Shown here one piece after another: positions 1 to 9,882 of a DNA stretch of 48,347 nucleotides. The notes beneath the pieces are model-generated. The model was given only the letters and a program-made list of their open reading frames with translations, had not been told where the DNA came from and did no database searches. Source of the stretch: Nitrososphaerota archaeon (GTDB lineage: Archaea; Iainarchaeota; Iainarchaeia; Iainarchaeales; GCA-2688035); NCBI GenBank assembly GCA_017610265.1, contig JAFCCH010000006.1, positions 1 through 48,347 of the forward strand, read 5' to 3'. The number at the start of each line of letters is the position of its first letter. The first letter of the stretch is position 1. Position numbers and translations under genes: made by a program.

Positions 1-131
1 ATAATTTTTTAATCCTACAAAAAGAATCAGAAAACAATTTTACTACATAATTTCAGTATCGCACTGTTTAAATAGCTTACTAAAGCAGCATCACAAGCTT
101 AAAATAGTGCTTTATTCCTCTCTTATCCAAT

Positions 132-1310
132 ATGGCCCTAATAGAACAAACAATCCCTGTTCTTTTAATTATTCTGTTTCTTGGTCTGCTTGTGCCAGAC
201 TTGTTCAAAAAGCTAAAGCTTCCGTTTGTAACATCAATTATCATTGTTGGAGCACTACTTGGGCCAAACGGATTCAATTACATGCAGTCAAATCAGATTA
301 TTGAGTTTTTTGGCTTTCTTGGAGCCGCATTCCTAATGCTAATGGCAGGCCTTGAAGTAAAACTCGAGCACTTTGAAAAACTTGGAAAGAAAATAATTAT
401 AATGGCAGCAATTAATGGAATTGTTCCCTTTGTAGTCGGATTTGGAATAGTTCTTGCATTTGGTTATTCGCTTATGACCGCGGCCTTAATTGGAATTGTG
501 TTCATTTCATCCTCAGTTGCCATAATAATAATGGCTGTAAAAAACGCCAATCTAATGGACAAAGAAATTGGGCAAACAATTATTTCGGTTGTGGTTTTGG
601 AAGATGTTTTCAGCCTTCTTTTGCTTGCAGTGATTTTGCAGGGAGCTTCTCCAATAACAAGTTTTCCGCTTCCCCTGTATTTTGGAATCCTTGTTGCCTC
701 AGTTATTTTATTGAAGAAATTCCTGCCAAGGATTGCAGCATATTACTTCAGAAAAAGAATGAGCAAAAAGGACACTTATGAAAGAGAACTGCGAGCGGTG
801 TTAGTCATTCTAATGGCAGTTTTGCTTTACTTTTCAGGCCTTGGAGTTCATCCAATTGTCGCCGCCTTTATTGTTGGATTACTTATTTCCGACATTGCAA
901 CATCAGAAATTGTGTACCACAAACTGCATACGATGGGCTATGGCCTTTTTGTCCCGGTTTTTTTCTTCATTATTGGAATGCAGCTTGACCTGTCAATTCT
1001 TGGAAGCTTTGACTACCGAAACACTTTGATGATTTCAATAATTCTTGGATTAATTGGGGCAAAAGTTGTAAGCGGTTACTTTGCCGGAAGATGGGCAAAG
1101 TTTTCCAAAAGGAATTCCATACTTTTTGGAACAGCTTCAATGACTCAGCTTACAACAACTTTGGCAGTAACATACGCAGCTTCAGGATTAAACCTCTTGG
1201 ACAGCGCATTGTCAACCTCAATTATTTTGCTCGCAATTATTACAACAATTCTTTCACCTGCTGCCATGAATATGCTTGGAAATCCGGAACTACCCAAATT
1301 AGCCAAGTAG
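132..1310 (+). CDS. cation:proton antiporter (Na+/H+ exchanger / Kef-type CPA family)
   Basis: 392-aa polytopic membrane protein with about 11-12 hydrophobic helices. The N-terminal 'LFLGLLVPDLFKKLKLPFVTSIIIVGALLGPNG' opening is typical of the sodium/hydrogen exchanger family. No soluble domain. Confidence 0.75.
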   Translation: MALIEQTIPVLLIILFLGLLVPDLFKKLKLPFVTSIIIVGALLGPNGFNYMQSNQIIEFFGFLGAAFLMLMAGLEVKLEHFEKLGKKIIIMAAINGIVPFVVGFGIVLAFGYSLMTAALIGIVFISSSVAIIIMAVKNANLMDKEIGQTIISVVVLEDVFSLLLLAVILQGASPITSFPLPLYFGILVASVILLKKFLPRIAAYYFRKRMSKKDTYERELRAVLVILMAVLLYFSGLGVHPIVAAFIVGLLISDIATSEIVYHKLHTMGYGLFVPVFFFIIGMQLDLSILGSFDYRNTLMISIILGLIGAKVVSGYFAGRWAKFSKRNSILFGTASMTQLTTTLAVTYAASGLNLLDSALSTSIILLAIITTILSPAAMNMLGNPELPKLAK

Positions 1311-1380
1311 TGCATGCTTCAAAGGAATTTGTGAATTGTTTAAATAGGTAATCCAATTAGTTATTTGTAGAGTTGATTGA

Positions 1381-2733
1381 ATGAAAGCTGTTTTAATTTT
1401 CCCGCCATTTCCATTGCATGAAAGATACAGGAAAAAGGTAAAGAATGTGGGAGGTCACTTGCCTCCACTGGGAGCATGCTATCTTGCAGCCGTACTTGAA
1501 AAGGCAGGCCATAAAGTAAAAATAATTGACGCAGCCCCGGAAAACCTTTTTGAGGAAGAGGTCGTTGAAAAAACCCTTGAATTTAATCCTGATTTTGTCG
1601 GAATGACTGCTTTAACCCCGAACTTTCACAGGGTTGAAAAAATCTGCCTTCTCTTAAAAGAAAAGTCTCCTGAAACATTTTTGGCACTTGGAGGCCCGCA
1701 TGCCTCAATGATGCCAGAGGAAACCCTGCAGAAGACACAGGCAGATGTTGTCATTGTGGGAGAGGGAGAAAACGTTATTGTAGACCTTGTGAAAAACTGC
1801 AAAGAGCCGGTAAAAGACAAGATTGTACACGCAGGCCTGGTTGAAGACCTTGACAGCCTGCCTTATCCTTCAAGGCACTTGCTTAACATGTCCCTTTACT
1901 CTTCTCTTGCAAACAACTACAAGGTTGACAAAAAGGTCCTGAATGTGCTTGGCTCAAGAGGATGCCCGTTCAACTGTACATTCTGCTGCAAGGCAGTTGT
2001 TGGAAGAACTTACAGACACAGGTCTGTTGCAAACATAATTGAGGAATTGAAACAGCTGAAAAGAGATTATGGCACAAAAGAAGTTTCGTTCTGGGACGAA
2101 TTATTTACAATTGACAGAAAATGGGTAATGGAATTATGCAAGGAAATGGAAAAGCTTGATCTTGCCTGGAGCTGCGAAACAAGGGCGCATCTAGTAGATG
2201 AGGAAATGCTTGCGGCTTTGAAAAAGGCAGGCTGTTGGAACATTTTTGTAGGAATAGAAGCAGGCGATCAAACGCTTTTAGACAACATCAAAAAGGGGGA
2301 AACCATTGAACAGTTGAGGAAGGGAATCAGGCTGATTCAAAAGGCAGGCATTGAAATAAGAGGAAGTTTTATGTTGGGCCTTCCGGGAGAAACCCCTGAA
2401 CTTGCAAAGAAAACAATTGACTTTGCAATAGAGCTTAATCCAGATTATGCCCAGTTTTCTTTGACAACGCCTTACCCTGGAACTGAATTGTTTGGCCACG
2501 CAAAAAAGTATGGAAAATTGAAAAAAGACTACAGCAAGTACAGCATGTGGAAAGTTGTCTTTCTTCCATTTGGATATGAGAGCGAGGAACAACTTTTGAA
2601 AATGCAAAGTACTGCCTTTAGGCGCTTTTACTTCAGGCCAAAATATGTTCTTGGAAAGGTTTTGAAAATAAGGTCTTTTGGAGACATTAAAAGGAACTTC
2701 ACAGGCTTGAAAATGGTGCTTGGCTTTACTTAA
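1381..2733 (+). CDS. B12-binding-domain radical SAM protein (class B radical SAM)
   Basis: N-terminal Rossmann-like B12-binding-type region ('VLIFPPF...GHLPPLGACYLAAVLEKAGHKVKIIDA'). It is followed by the CxxxCxxC radical SAM cluster motif 'GSRGCPFNCTFC'. Confidence 0.8.
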   Translation: MKAVLIFPPFPLHERYRKKVKNVGGHLPPLGACYLAAVLEKAGHKVKIIDAAPENLFEEEVVEKTLEFNPDFVGMTALTPNFHRVEKICLLLKEKSPETFLALGGPHASMMPEETLQKTQADVVIVGEGENVIVDLVKNCKEPVKDKIVHAGLVEDLDSLPYPSRHLLNMSLYSSLANNYKVDKKVLNVLGSRGCPFNCTFCCKAVVGRTYRHRSVANIIEELKQLKRDYGTKEVSFWDELFTIDRKWVMELCKEMEKLDLAWSCETRAHLVDEEMLAALKKAGCWNIFVGIEAGDQTLLDNIKKGETIEQLRKGIRLIQKAGIEIRGSFMLGLPGETPELAKKTIDFAIELNPDYAQFSLTTPYPGTELFGHAKKYGKLKKDYSKYSMWKVVFLPFGYESEEQLLKMQSTAFRRFYFRPKYVLGKVLKIRSFGDIKRNFTGLKMVLGFT

Positions 2734-2778
2734 CGGGCAGATTTTTATAGTTCTAAAGCCTCTAAATTACTGATTTAA

Positions 2779-4899
2779 GTGGAAAGCCTAAAAACGCTAT
2801 TTGATCCAAAATCCATTGCAGTAATTGGTGCAAGCAACACACAAGGTAGTGTTGGCTATTCATTAATGAAAAACCTTGTGGGATCAGGATTCAACGGCGT
2901 TGTTTATCCAGTAAATCCCAACAAAAAAAATGTTCTTGGCATTCACTGCTACAAAAGCATTCAAGAATTGCCTGAAGAGGTAGATCTTGCAATAATTGCA
3001 ATCCCCGCCTTTATTGTCCCAACTGTTTTGAAGGAATGTGTTAAGGCAAAAGCAAAGTCTGCAATAATTATCAGTTCGGGCTTTGGAGAAACCGGCAAAA
3101 AAGGGCAAAAGCTAGAGCAGGAAATTTCAAAAATAATTAAGGGAACAGGAATAAGGGTTCTTGGCCCAAACTGCCTTGGTTACATAAGACCTGACAAAAA
3201 GATAAACGCAAGCTTTGCAACAAGAAATGCCTTGCCTGGAAAACTTGCATTAATAAGCCAGAGTGGCGCACTTTGCTCAAGCATTCTTGACTGGGCGCTA
3301 AAGCAAAAGGTTGGCTTCAAATACTTTATTTCTGTCGGAGCAATGCAAGATATAAATTTTGCAGACTTAATCGAGTTTATTGAACAGGACGAAGACGTTG
3401 AAAGCATTGCAATTTATATGGAAACCATCAAGGATTCAAAAAGATTTATGGATGCGGCAATTAGGTTTTCAAAAAGCAAGCCAATAATAGTTGCAAAATC
3501 GGGCAGATTTGAAGAAAGCGCAAAAGCCGCAATTTCCCACACCGGAAGCATGGCAGGAAATGATGCAGTCTTTGATGCAGCATTTAGAAGGGCAGGAATT
3601 GTAAGAGTCGAAGATGTGCAAGACCTGCTTGGATGTGCAAAGGCACTTGCCAGCCAACCTTTACCCAAAGGAAACAGGCTTGCAATAATTACAAACGCAG
3701 GAGGCCCGGGAGTAATGGCCACTGACGCAATCATAAAAAACGGCTGCAAGCTTGCCTCTCTGTCAAATGAAGCAATGGCAAAACTTGACAAGGTTCTTCC
3801 AAAGCATTGGAGCAGGAACAACCCAATTGATGTTTTAGGAGACGCCCCCCCTGAAAGATATGAAGATGCCTTAAATATTGTACTAAAGGAAAAAAATGTT
3901 GACGGAGTAATTGTAATCCTTAGCCCCCAGGCAATTACAAAGCCTGCCGAGGTTGCAAAGATTGTTGCAAAAAAAGCGGGAAAAAGCAAGAAAACCGTTC
4001 TCGGATGCTGGATGGGAGAATCCTTTGTTGAGCCTGCAAGAGAAGTTTTGAGAAAAAGAGGGCTGCCATCTTATAGAACGCCTGAAAAGGCAGTGCGGGT
4101 TTTTAGGTACATGGATTCTTACAGGAAAAATATTGCAAACCTTTACGAAAAGCCAAAAGAAATTAAGGTTAAGACAAAGCCAAACAGGAAAAAAATTAGG
4201 GCAATCTTTGAAAAAAACCTTGCAAGGAAAAACACTGTTTTGGACGAAGTTGATTCAAAGGAAATTCTTGAAGAATACGGCATTCCTGTAAACAAGACAG
4301 TGTTTGCAAAGAATGTGAAGGAAGCCACAAAGCAGGCAAAGGCACTTGGCTTTCCGGTTGCGTTGAAGGTTGTTTCAGACGAGATAACCCACAAAACAGA
4401 TGCAAACGCAATTGCCCTAAACATTGCTTCAGAAAAAGCAATTTTAAAAGCCTTCAAGCAAATTATTTCAAATGCAAGAAAAACAAATCCAAAAGCAAAA
4501 ATTAGAGGCGTTAGTGTTCAAAAGATGGTTGCAGGACACCTTGAATTAATTCTTGGAGCCAAAAAGGATTCAGTCTTTGGCCCTGTCATTCTCTTTGGAA
4601 TGGGAGGGGTTGCAACAGAATTGTTCCAGGACAAAAGCATTGGGCTTCCCCCCTTGAACCAGACTCTTGCAAAGAACATTATCAGGAGGACAAAGGTTTA
4701 CAGGCTTTTGGCAGGCTACAGGAAAAAGTTCAAGATAGACCTTTTGGAACTGGAGCAAATCTTAATTTCCTTTTCACAATTTGTTCTCGACTTTCCAGAA
4801 ATAAAAGAAATTGACCTAAACCCAATAATGGTTTCAAAAGGAAAGCTGTTTGCAGTTGACGCAAGGATTGTTTTGTCCTCAAAAAAGAAAAAAAATTAG
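2779..4899 (+). CDS. acd: ADP-forming acetyl-CoA synthetase (acetate--CoA ligase, fused alpha+beta, NDP-forming acyl-CoA synthetase family)
   Basis: 706 aa with a GTG start. N-terminal CoA-binding domain ('IAVIGASNTQGSVGYSLMKNL...VYPVNP'), then a succinyl-CoA-synthetase-like flavodoxin domain with 'ISHTGSMAG' (phospho-His loop). C-terminal ATP-grasp ('SKEILEEYGIPV...GFPVALKVVS'). Confidence 0.85.
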   Translation: MESLKTLFDPKSIAVIGASNTQGSVGYSLMKNLVGSGFNGVVYPVNPNKKNVLGIHCYKSIQELPEEVDLAIIAIPAFIVPTVLKECVKAKAKSAIIISSGFGETGKKGQKLEQEISKIIKGTGIRVLGPNCLGYIRPDKKINASFATRNALPGKLALISQSGALCSSILDWALKQKVGFKYFISVGAMQDINFADLIEFIEQDEDVESIAIYMETIKDSKRFMDAAIRFSKSKPIIVAKSGRFEESAKAAISHTGSMAGNDAVFDAAFRRAGIVRVEDVQDLLGCAKALASQPLPKGNRLAIITNAGGPGVMATDAIIKNGCKLASLSNEAMAKLDKVLPKHWSRNNPIDVLGDAPPERYEDALNIVLKEKNVDGVIVILSPQAITKPAEVAKIVAKKAGKSKKTVLGCWMGESFVEPAREVLRKRGLPSYRTPEKAVRVFRYMDSYRKNIANLYEKPKEIKVKTKPNRKKIRAIFEKNLARKNTVLDEVDSKEILEEYGIPVNKTVFAKNVKEATKQAKALGFPVALKVVSDEITHKTDANAIALNIASEKAILKAFKQIISNARKTNPKAKIRGVSVQKMVAGHLELILGAKKDSVFGPVILFGMGGVATELFQDKSIGLPPLNQTLAKNIIRRTKVYRLLAGYRKKFKIDLLELEQILISFSQFVLDFPEIKEIDLNPIMVSKGKLFAVDARIVLSSKKKKN

Positions 4900-4908
4900 C
4901 TCAGCAAA

Positions 4909-5559
4909 TCAGGCTTCTTTTACTTCAAAGCACTCGCAGTATTGCCCCACACCAGACATTACTCCCCTAAACCTGTTCAAGCCAATAGCTGCCTCGTCAT
5001 ACTTGATGTCCTTTACCTGTGACTTAAAACATTTAATAGCCTTAATTTTTTTCGAAACCGTTTTTGAGATGTCCTCAAAGTGCTCAGGCTCCTGAATAGG
5101 AGTCCAGGTTTCATAGAGAAAAACCTTTTCAGTTCTCCAAGGGGTTTTGCCTGCAGAACCATGCCATGGCCCGGAAGCCTTCCAGACAGAATCAAGAACA
5201 AGCTCTGTTGTGATTCTGTGGTCACGATGCTTGTCACTTTCATAGGGCGCAAAGACAAGGCCTGGCTTTTCCTGCCTTATAATTTTAATAATACTCTGCC
5301 TGTTTTTCTGATTGAATTCAAGAAAGCCATCTGGCTCTCCCAAAAAAACTGTTTTTTTGACTCCAAGAATTTTGGCAGCTTTCTTGACTTCCTCTTTTCG
5401 CGCTTTTGCAAGCTTTTTTTCAGGAATTGAAATACTCCCCCCTCCACCGCTGGTCATGTAAACAACCACAATCTTGTTTTTCTTTGCAAGCTTTGCAATT
5501 GTTCCACCGCAACTAATTGCCGCGTCATCAGGATGAGGTGCAAAAACCAAAACATTCAT
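4909..5559 (-). CDS. PIG-L / LmbE family N-acetylglucosaminyl deacetylase
   Basis: 'MNVLVFAPHPDDAAISCGGT' plus 'HRDH' are the family zinc-binding motifs. I place the start at ATG 5559 (MNVLVF...). The ORF track starts 21 nt upstream at a TTG (5580). Confidence 0.8.
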   Translation of the reverse strand: MNVLVFAPHPDDAAISCGGTIAKLAKKNKIVVVYMTSGGGGSISIPEKKLAKARKEEVKKAAKILGVKKTVFLGEPDGFLEFNQKNRQSIIKIIRQEKPGLVFAPYESDKHRDHRITTELVLDSVWKASGPWHGSAGKTPWRTEKVFLYETWTPIQEPEHFEDISKTVSKKIKAIKCFKSQVKDIKYDEAAIGLNRFRGVMSGVGQYCECFEVKEA

Positions 5560-5651
5560 TTTAACATAAAGGATTTCCAAATTTTTAAGGGTTTCTAATT
5601 GGAAAGAACGCTTTTAGCAATATTTAAGAACGAGAAAGCGGTTACTATATA

Positions 5652-7163
5652 ATGGCAATTTGGTACGGAGAAAAAAGGGCAATAAACGAAATAAATTCCG
5701 TTCTAGATTCTCAGTGGAGCAACGGGCTTTTACCGCAAATAAGGTTTGTTGAAGGGCAAACAGGATACAGCCCTGACTGCAGCGAATGGGGAGTCAAAAA
5801 AGCAATTTCAGGCAACAGCAAATGGTGCACTTCCGGAATTACACAGCCTCCAAACATTGGCTTTGCTTTATGGACTGTCTTTAAGGGCAGCAGAAACAAG
5901 GCAGAACTGCTTCCGTCTGTTGAAAAGTTTTATCCAAAATTAAGAAAGGCACATGATTTTCTTTTGACAGAGCGTGACCCAAAAAGAGAGGGGCTTGCCT
6001 CAGTCTTTCACCCTTGGGCAACCGGTTCAGACAACACGCCAAGCTATGACGACATTATTGAAAGGGCAAGAAAAAGGCTGAAGTCAGGCGGTTTTGAACA
6101 GAGAATAAAGAAAAGAAAGGACACAAACAATATTGCTTCAAACCAAAGGCCAAAGAAAAAGGATTACGAAACATATGGACGACTTATTGGATTTTATATT
6201 GCAAAAAAGTATTCTCAGAGGAGAATTTACGCAGAATGCCCGTTTGTTGTACAGGACGTTGTGGTAAACACTTTTCTCAAAGTCTCGCTTTACGCAATGT
6301 ACAAGATTGCGCAGGTTTTGGCAGAACACTACAAGAAAACAAGCCCTGACAAGTCAGCCTATTACTTGAGGGAAGCAGCAAGAAACAAAAGGCTTTCAAT
6401 AAAGGTTAGGAACGCAATCAGGGAAAAGCTCTTTGACGATGTAACAGGATATTTTTACAGTTTTGATGTAAGGGACGACGCTTTGCTTGACAGTCCTGAT
6501 GTGCATTCCTTTGTGCCATTACTTGGAGGAACAGCATCCAAGGAACAGGGCCATGCCTTGATTGAGCACCTGGTCAACAAAAAAGAGTTCAGTCCGGAAA
6601 ACGGATTTATGGTTCCGAGCTTTCCAATAAGCTCAAGTCATTTTGAAAACCAGAGATATGCACGCGGCCCTATTTGGCCTGTTAGAAACTGGATTGTTGC
6701 AAGAGGCCTTGAAAAATATGACAAAAAGCTCGCAACCAAGGTGAAAAAGCAAACACTGCAACTTGTTGCCCAGGGAAGCAAGGATATAGTAAGGCTTGTA
6801 GACCTTGCCGGGTCTGTAATGGAGTACAACAGCTTTGGAGAAGAGTTTACAACCCCTTCAAGGGCCCAGTATTGCCATGGATGGCTTTGGGATTCGGGTT
6901 TTGCAGCAATTGGATGGCGCCATGTAAAAGAAAAGCCAAGCACTGAAATTTGGAGAAGGGTTGCAACAAAAAAGGAATTGCTTGCACACCAAAATATTGA
7001 CGTTAAGGAAATGAGAAAAAGGATAAAGGAAGAGTTTAGCATGCCATTGTTTGAAGAATTTTATGCCCCAATGAATTCAAAGCAATTTAAGGCAGGCACT
7101 GCATTGGGTGCAGAAAAAATGACCTGGACAGCCGCCTTGTTCTTAGACCTGCTCAAAAGCTGA
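5652..7163 (+). CDS. GH63-like / MGH1-like (alpha/alpha)6 glycoside hydrolase; candidate glucosyl- or mannosylglycerate hydrolase
   Basis: 503 aa with no signal peptide. 'TSGITQPPNIGFALW', 'FHPWATGSDNTP' and 'CHGWLWDSGFAAIGW' resemble the conserved blocks of GH63-type hydrolases. It sits next to an MpgP-type phosphatase. The family call is from memory of motifs, not a search. Confidence 0.5.
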   Translation: MAIWYGEKRAINEINSVLDSQWSNGLLPQIRFVEGQTGYSPDCSEWGVKKAISGNSKWCTSGITQPPNIGFALWTVFKGSRNKAELLPSVEKFYPKLRKAHDFLLTERDPKREGLASVFHPWATGSDNTPSYDDIIERARKRLKSGGFEQRIKKRKDTNNIASNQRPKKKDYETYGRLIGFYIAKKYSQRRIYAECPFVVQDVVVNTFLKVSLYAMYKIAQVLAEHYKKTSPDKSAYYLREAARNKRLSIKVRNAIREKLFDDVTGYFYSFDVRDDALLDSPDVHSFVPLLGGTASKEQGHALIEHLVNKKEFSPENGFMVPSFPISSSHFENQRYARGPIWPVRNWIVARGLEKYDKKLATKVKKQTLQLVAQGSKDIVRLVDLAGSVMEYNSFGEEFTTPSRAQYCHGWLWDSGFAAIGWRHVKEKPSTEIWRRVATKKELLAHQNIDVKEMRKRIKEEFSMPLFEEFYAPMNSKQFKAGTALGAEKMTWTAALFLDLLKS

Positions 7164-7212
7164 TTTGAAGAAAAGGAAGGGTTAAAAACAACAAGAGCCT
7201 TTTTCTTTGAGA

Positions 7213-8001
7213 ATGCCCAAATTTGTTTTCTTTTCAGACCTTGACGGAACCCTTTTAGCCAAAGATTACTCTTTGGAAGACGCAAAACCGGCTCTTGAAA
7301 GAATAAAAGAAACAAAAAGCGCACTTGTTTTTTCAACAAGCAAGACAAAGGCAGAAACATTGGAGTATGAAAAAATGCTGGGATTGAACGAGCCAAGCAT
7401 TGTTGAAAACGGTGGTGCAATATACATTCCAAAAGGCTATTTCAAACACAAAGTGGAAAATGCAAGCGAGGAAGACGACTACCTTTTGATAAGACTTGGC
7501 ACAGACTCAAAAGAATTGGAAGCAGTTGTTGACGAACTAGCCAAAGAGATTGATGTTTTGCCATTGCACAAAATGACAAACAAAGATTTTGCAAAGGAAA
7601 CAGGCCTGACAGAAGAACAAGCTGCAAAAGCAAAGGACAGGCATTTTACTGCCTCATTTAGAAATCCTGAAAGCCTGTTTGTTAAAAAGGCCCGCTCATT
7701 TATTGAGGGAAAAGGCTACACTCTTGCAGTTGGAGGAAGATTCAGTGCAGTGATGAAGGGAAACAACAAGGGAAAGGCTGTGCAAATTCTTTTAGAACAC
7801 TACAAAAAAGAGTTTGAAGAAGCTGTTTCTGTTTGCCTTGGAGATGCGCCAAACGACTTTGAAATGTTGAGGATTTGCGAACGGCCATTTCTTGTGGCAA
7901 ATTACGAGGGAGTTTATGCTTCAGAAGAATTTCCAAAAGCAGACGGAGCAGGCCCTGTCGGATGGAACAAAACAGTCTTGGATGTTTTAAAAAATGCTTA
8001 A
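7213..8001 (+). CDS. HAD-IIB phosphatase of the mannosyl-3-phosphoglycerate phosphatase (MpgP/YedP) family
   Basis: 'FFSDLDGTLL' (HAD motif I), 'STSKTKAE' (motif II), 'GDAPNDFEML' (motif IV) and a C-terminal 'GPVGW'. All are collinear with E. coli YedP/MpgP as I remember it. ATG at 7213; an alternative TTG lies at 7207. Confidence 0.75.
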   Translation: MPKFVFFSDLDGTLLAKDYSLEDAKPALERIKETKSALVFSTSKTKAETLEYEKMLGLNEPSIVENGGAIYIPKGYFKHKVENASEEDDYLLIRLGTDSKELEAVVDELAKEIDVLPLHKMTNKDFAKETGLTEEQAAKAKDRHFTASFRNPESLFVKKARSFIEGKGYTLAVGGRFSAVMKGNNKGKAVQILLEHYKKEFEEAVSVCLGDAPNDFEMLRICERPFLVANYEGVYASEEFPKADGAGPVGWNKTVLDVLKNA

Positions 8002-8019
8002 TAAAAAAGGAGTGATCAA

Positions 8020-8773
8020 ATGCCAAAGATTTCAGTGGTAATAGCAGTTTACAACGGAGAACAGTTTATCGAAGAGACAATCAAAAGTGTACTCAACCAA
8101 ACAATTCACAATTTGGAAATTATTGTAGTAAATAATGACAGTACAGACAAGACGGTTAAAATTGTAAAGAGCTTTAAGGACAAGCGGATTTCACTTTATC
8201 ATTTTTCAGGAGGCATTGGAAAAACAGGTGCCGCCAACTATGGAATGGGCAAAGCCAAAGGAGAATTCCTGCAATTTTTTGATGCAGACGACGTAATGTG
8301 CAATTTCAAATTAGAGTATGAGTCAAAAATACTTGAAAGAAACAAGAAGGCTTGTTTACAGCAACGCAATAATCATTGACAGCAACAGCCATATTTTGGG
8401 CCCATACTTTTTGCCAACAAGGGGTAAAAGACATGTGCAAATGCCGTTTCCACACAATCCCTTTGACTACAACAGGCTGAAAAAGGAAGATTTTGTCCCA
8501 AGCGGAAGTGTTCTGCTTAGAATGAATAAGGCAAAAGAAGCAAAGGGCTTTGATGAATCACTCAAGATAGGAGAAGACTGGGATTTGTGGCTGAGGCTTT
8601 CAGAAGAACACCCTGTAGAATATTTGCCAATTCCGACCTACCTTTACAGAGTCCACGATGCCAGCCTTATTGGAAGGGCAATCGTTGAAAAGAAGCTTGA
8701 CGACATAAATAATGTGATAAAAAGCAAGATAAAGGAAAGGGCAAAGGAACGAAAGAAAAAGGAGCCAAATTAG
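8020..8773 (+). pseudogene. family-2 glycosyltransferase interrupted by a +1 frame change near 8345-8352
   Basis: ORF 8020-8379 encodes the GT2 N-terminus ('ISVVIAVYNGEQFIEETIKSVLNQT', 'FFDADD'). ORF 8318-8773, in the next frame, encodes the rest ('LVYSNAIIIDSNSH...', 'GEDWDLWLRLSE'). The two read through as one GT-A protein if one nucleotide is removed around 'aagaaggcttgtt'. Confidence 0.75.
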
Positions 8774-8817
8774 AGCAAAAAAAGGCTTAAAAATAAGTTT
8801 GTAGTTAAGTGAGTACA

Positions 8818-9876
8818 ATGTTTGAATGGATTTTTTTGCAACAGTATTTTGGAAATTCCCTTTACCAAGTAGGGTTATTTTTTGCAGCAGTGATCTTGAC
8901 AGTGGTTCTTGGAAAAACCGTTTACTACATTATTAAAACAAGGGCAAGGGAAGCTGCAAAGAACAGCAAAACAAGGGTTGACGATGTCTTAATCAAGACA
9001 GTGGAAAAGCCCCTTGTCTTCTTCCTGATAATTATTGGACTGGGAATTGGAACAAGGCTTCTTTCAATTCCGACAGAGTTTACATCATCAATTTCAAGCA
9101 TTTCAGGCATTCTGATTACAATCGGCGTTACCTGGATGGTAATAAACTTTGTTGACTCAGTCATAAAATTGTACCTTGTGCCAATGGTTGGCAAAACAGA
9201 ATCAAGGCTTGACGACCAGCTAATTCCAATTGTCAGCAAAACACTTAAGTGGCTGATTGCAGCATTGGCAGGCATGCTAATCCTAAGCAATTTCGGCTAC
9301 GACATTACAACCATTCTCGCAGGGCTTGGAATAGGGGGCCTTGCAGTTGCATTTGCCGCACAGGAAACAATTGCAGATGCTTTTGGCGGAATAAACATCC
9401 TCCTAAGCAAGCCGTTTATTGTTGGGGATTGGATTGAATTTGAGGGAATTGTTGGCCCAATTGAAAAGGTAAGCATAAGGCATACAACTATGAGAAACCT
9501 TGACAAAAGGCTTGTTGTAATTCCAAACAGCAAAATTTCAAAGGGAATAATTGTAAACATTTCATCAGAACCAGAAAGAAAGATTTTGATGAATCTTGGT
9601 GTTACTTATCAAACTCCTGCGGCAAAGATGGAGAAAGGAATTGCCGCAATTAAAAGCATTGTCAACAATCACCCAGGCTGTGTCAATGACCCCATTGCCC
9701 AATTCTCAGAATTTAAGGATTCTTCTTTGAACCTTCTTGTTATTTACTATATTTCAGACAAGGGCAACTGGTTCCCAATAAGGCATGACATAAACATGGC
9801 AATAAAGAAGGCTTTTGAAAAAGAAAAAATAGACTTTGCTTACCCAACTCAGTTCATTTACACAAAAAAGGCCTGA
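8818..9876 (+). CDS. small-conductance mechanosensitive channel (MscS family)
   Basis: N-terminal TM helices, then the MscS signature region 'GIGGLAVAFAAQETIADAFGGINILLSKPFIVGDWIEFEG..G.IEKVSIRHTTMRNLDKRLVVIPNSKI'. ATG at 8818; the track uses GTG 8809. Confidence 0.85.
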   Translation: MFEWIFLQQYFGNSLYQVGLFFAAVILTVVLGKTVYYIIKTRAREAAKNSKTRVDDVLIKTVEKPLVFFLIIIGLGIGTRLLSIPTEFTSSISSISGILITIGVTWMVINFVDSVIKLYLVPMVGKTESRLDDQLIPIVSKTLKWLIAALAGMLILSNFGYDITTILAGLGIGGLAVAFAAQETIADAFGGINILLSKPFIVGDWIEFEGIVGPIEKVSIRHTTMRNLDKRLVVIPNSKISKGIIVNISSEPERKILMNLGVTYQTPAAKMEKGIAAIKSIVNNHPGCVNDPIAQFSEFKDSSLNLLVIYYISDKGNWFPIRHDINMAIKKAFEKEKIDFAYPTQFIYTKKA

Positions 9877-9882
9877 AGCAAA

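Noticed and set aside
3414-3989. 191-aa minus-strand ORF inside the acetyl-CoA synthetase gene, and similar antisense ORFs at 38945-39463, 41784-42266 and 43319-43744
   Set aside because: All are antisense to strongly conserved genes, have low-complexity Ser/Phe/Leu-rich translations and have no independent start signals. These are typical shadow ORFs.
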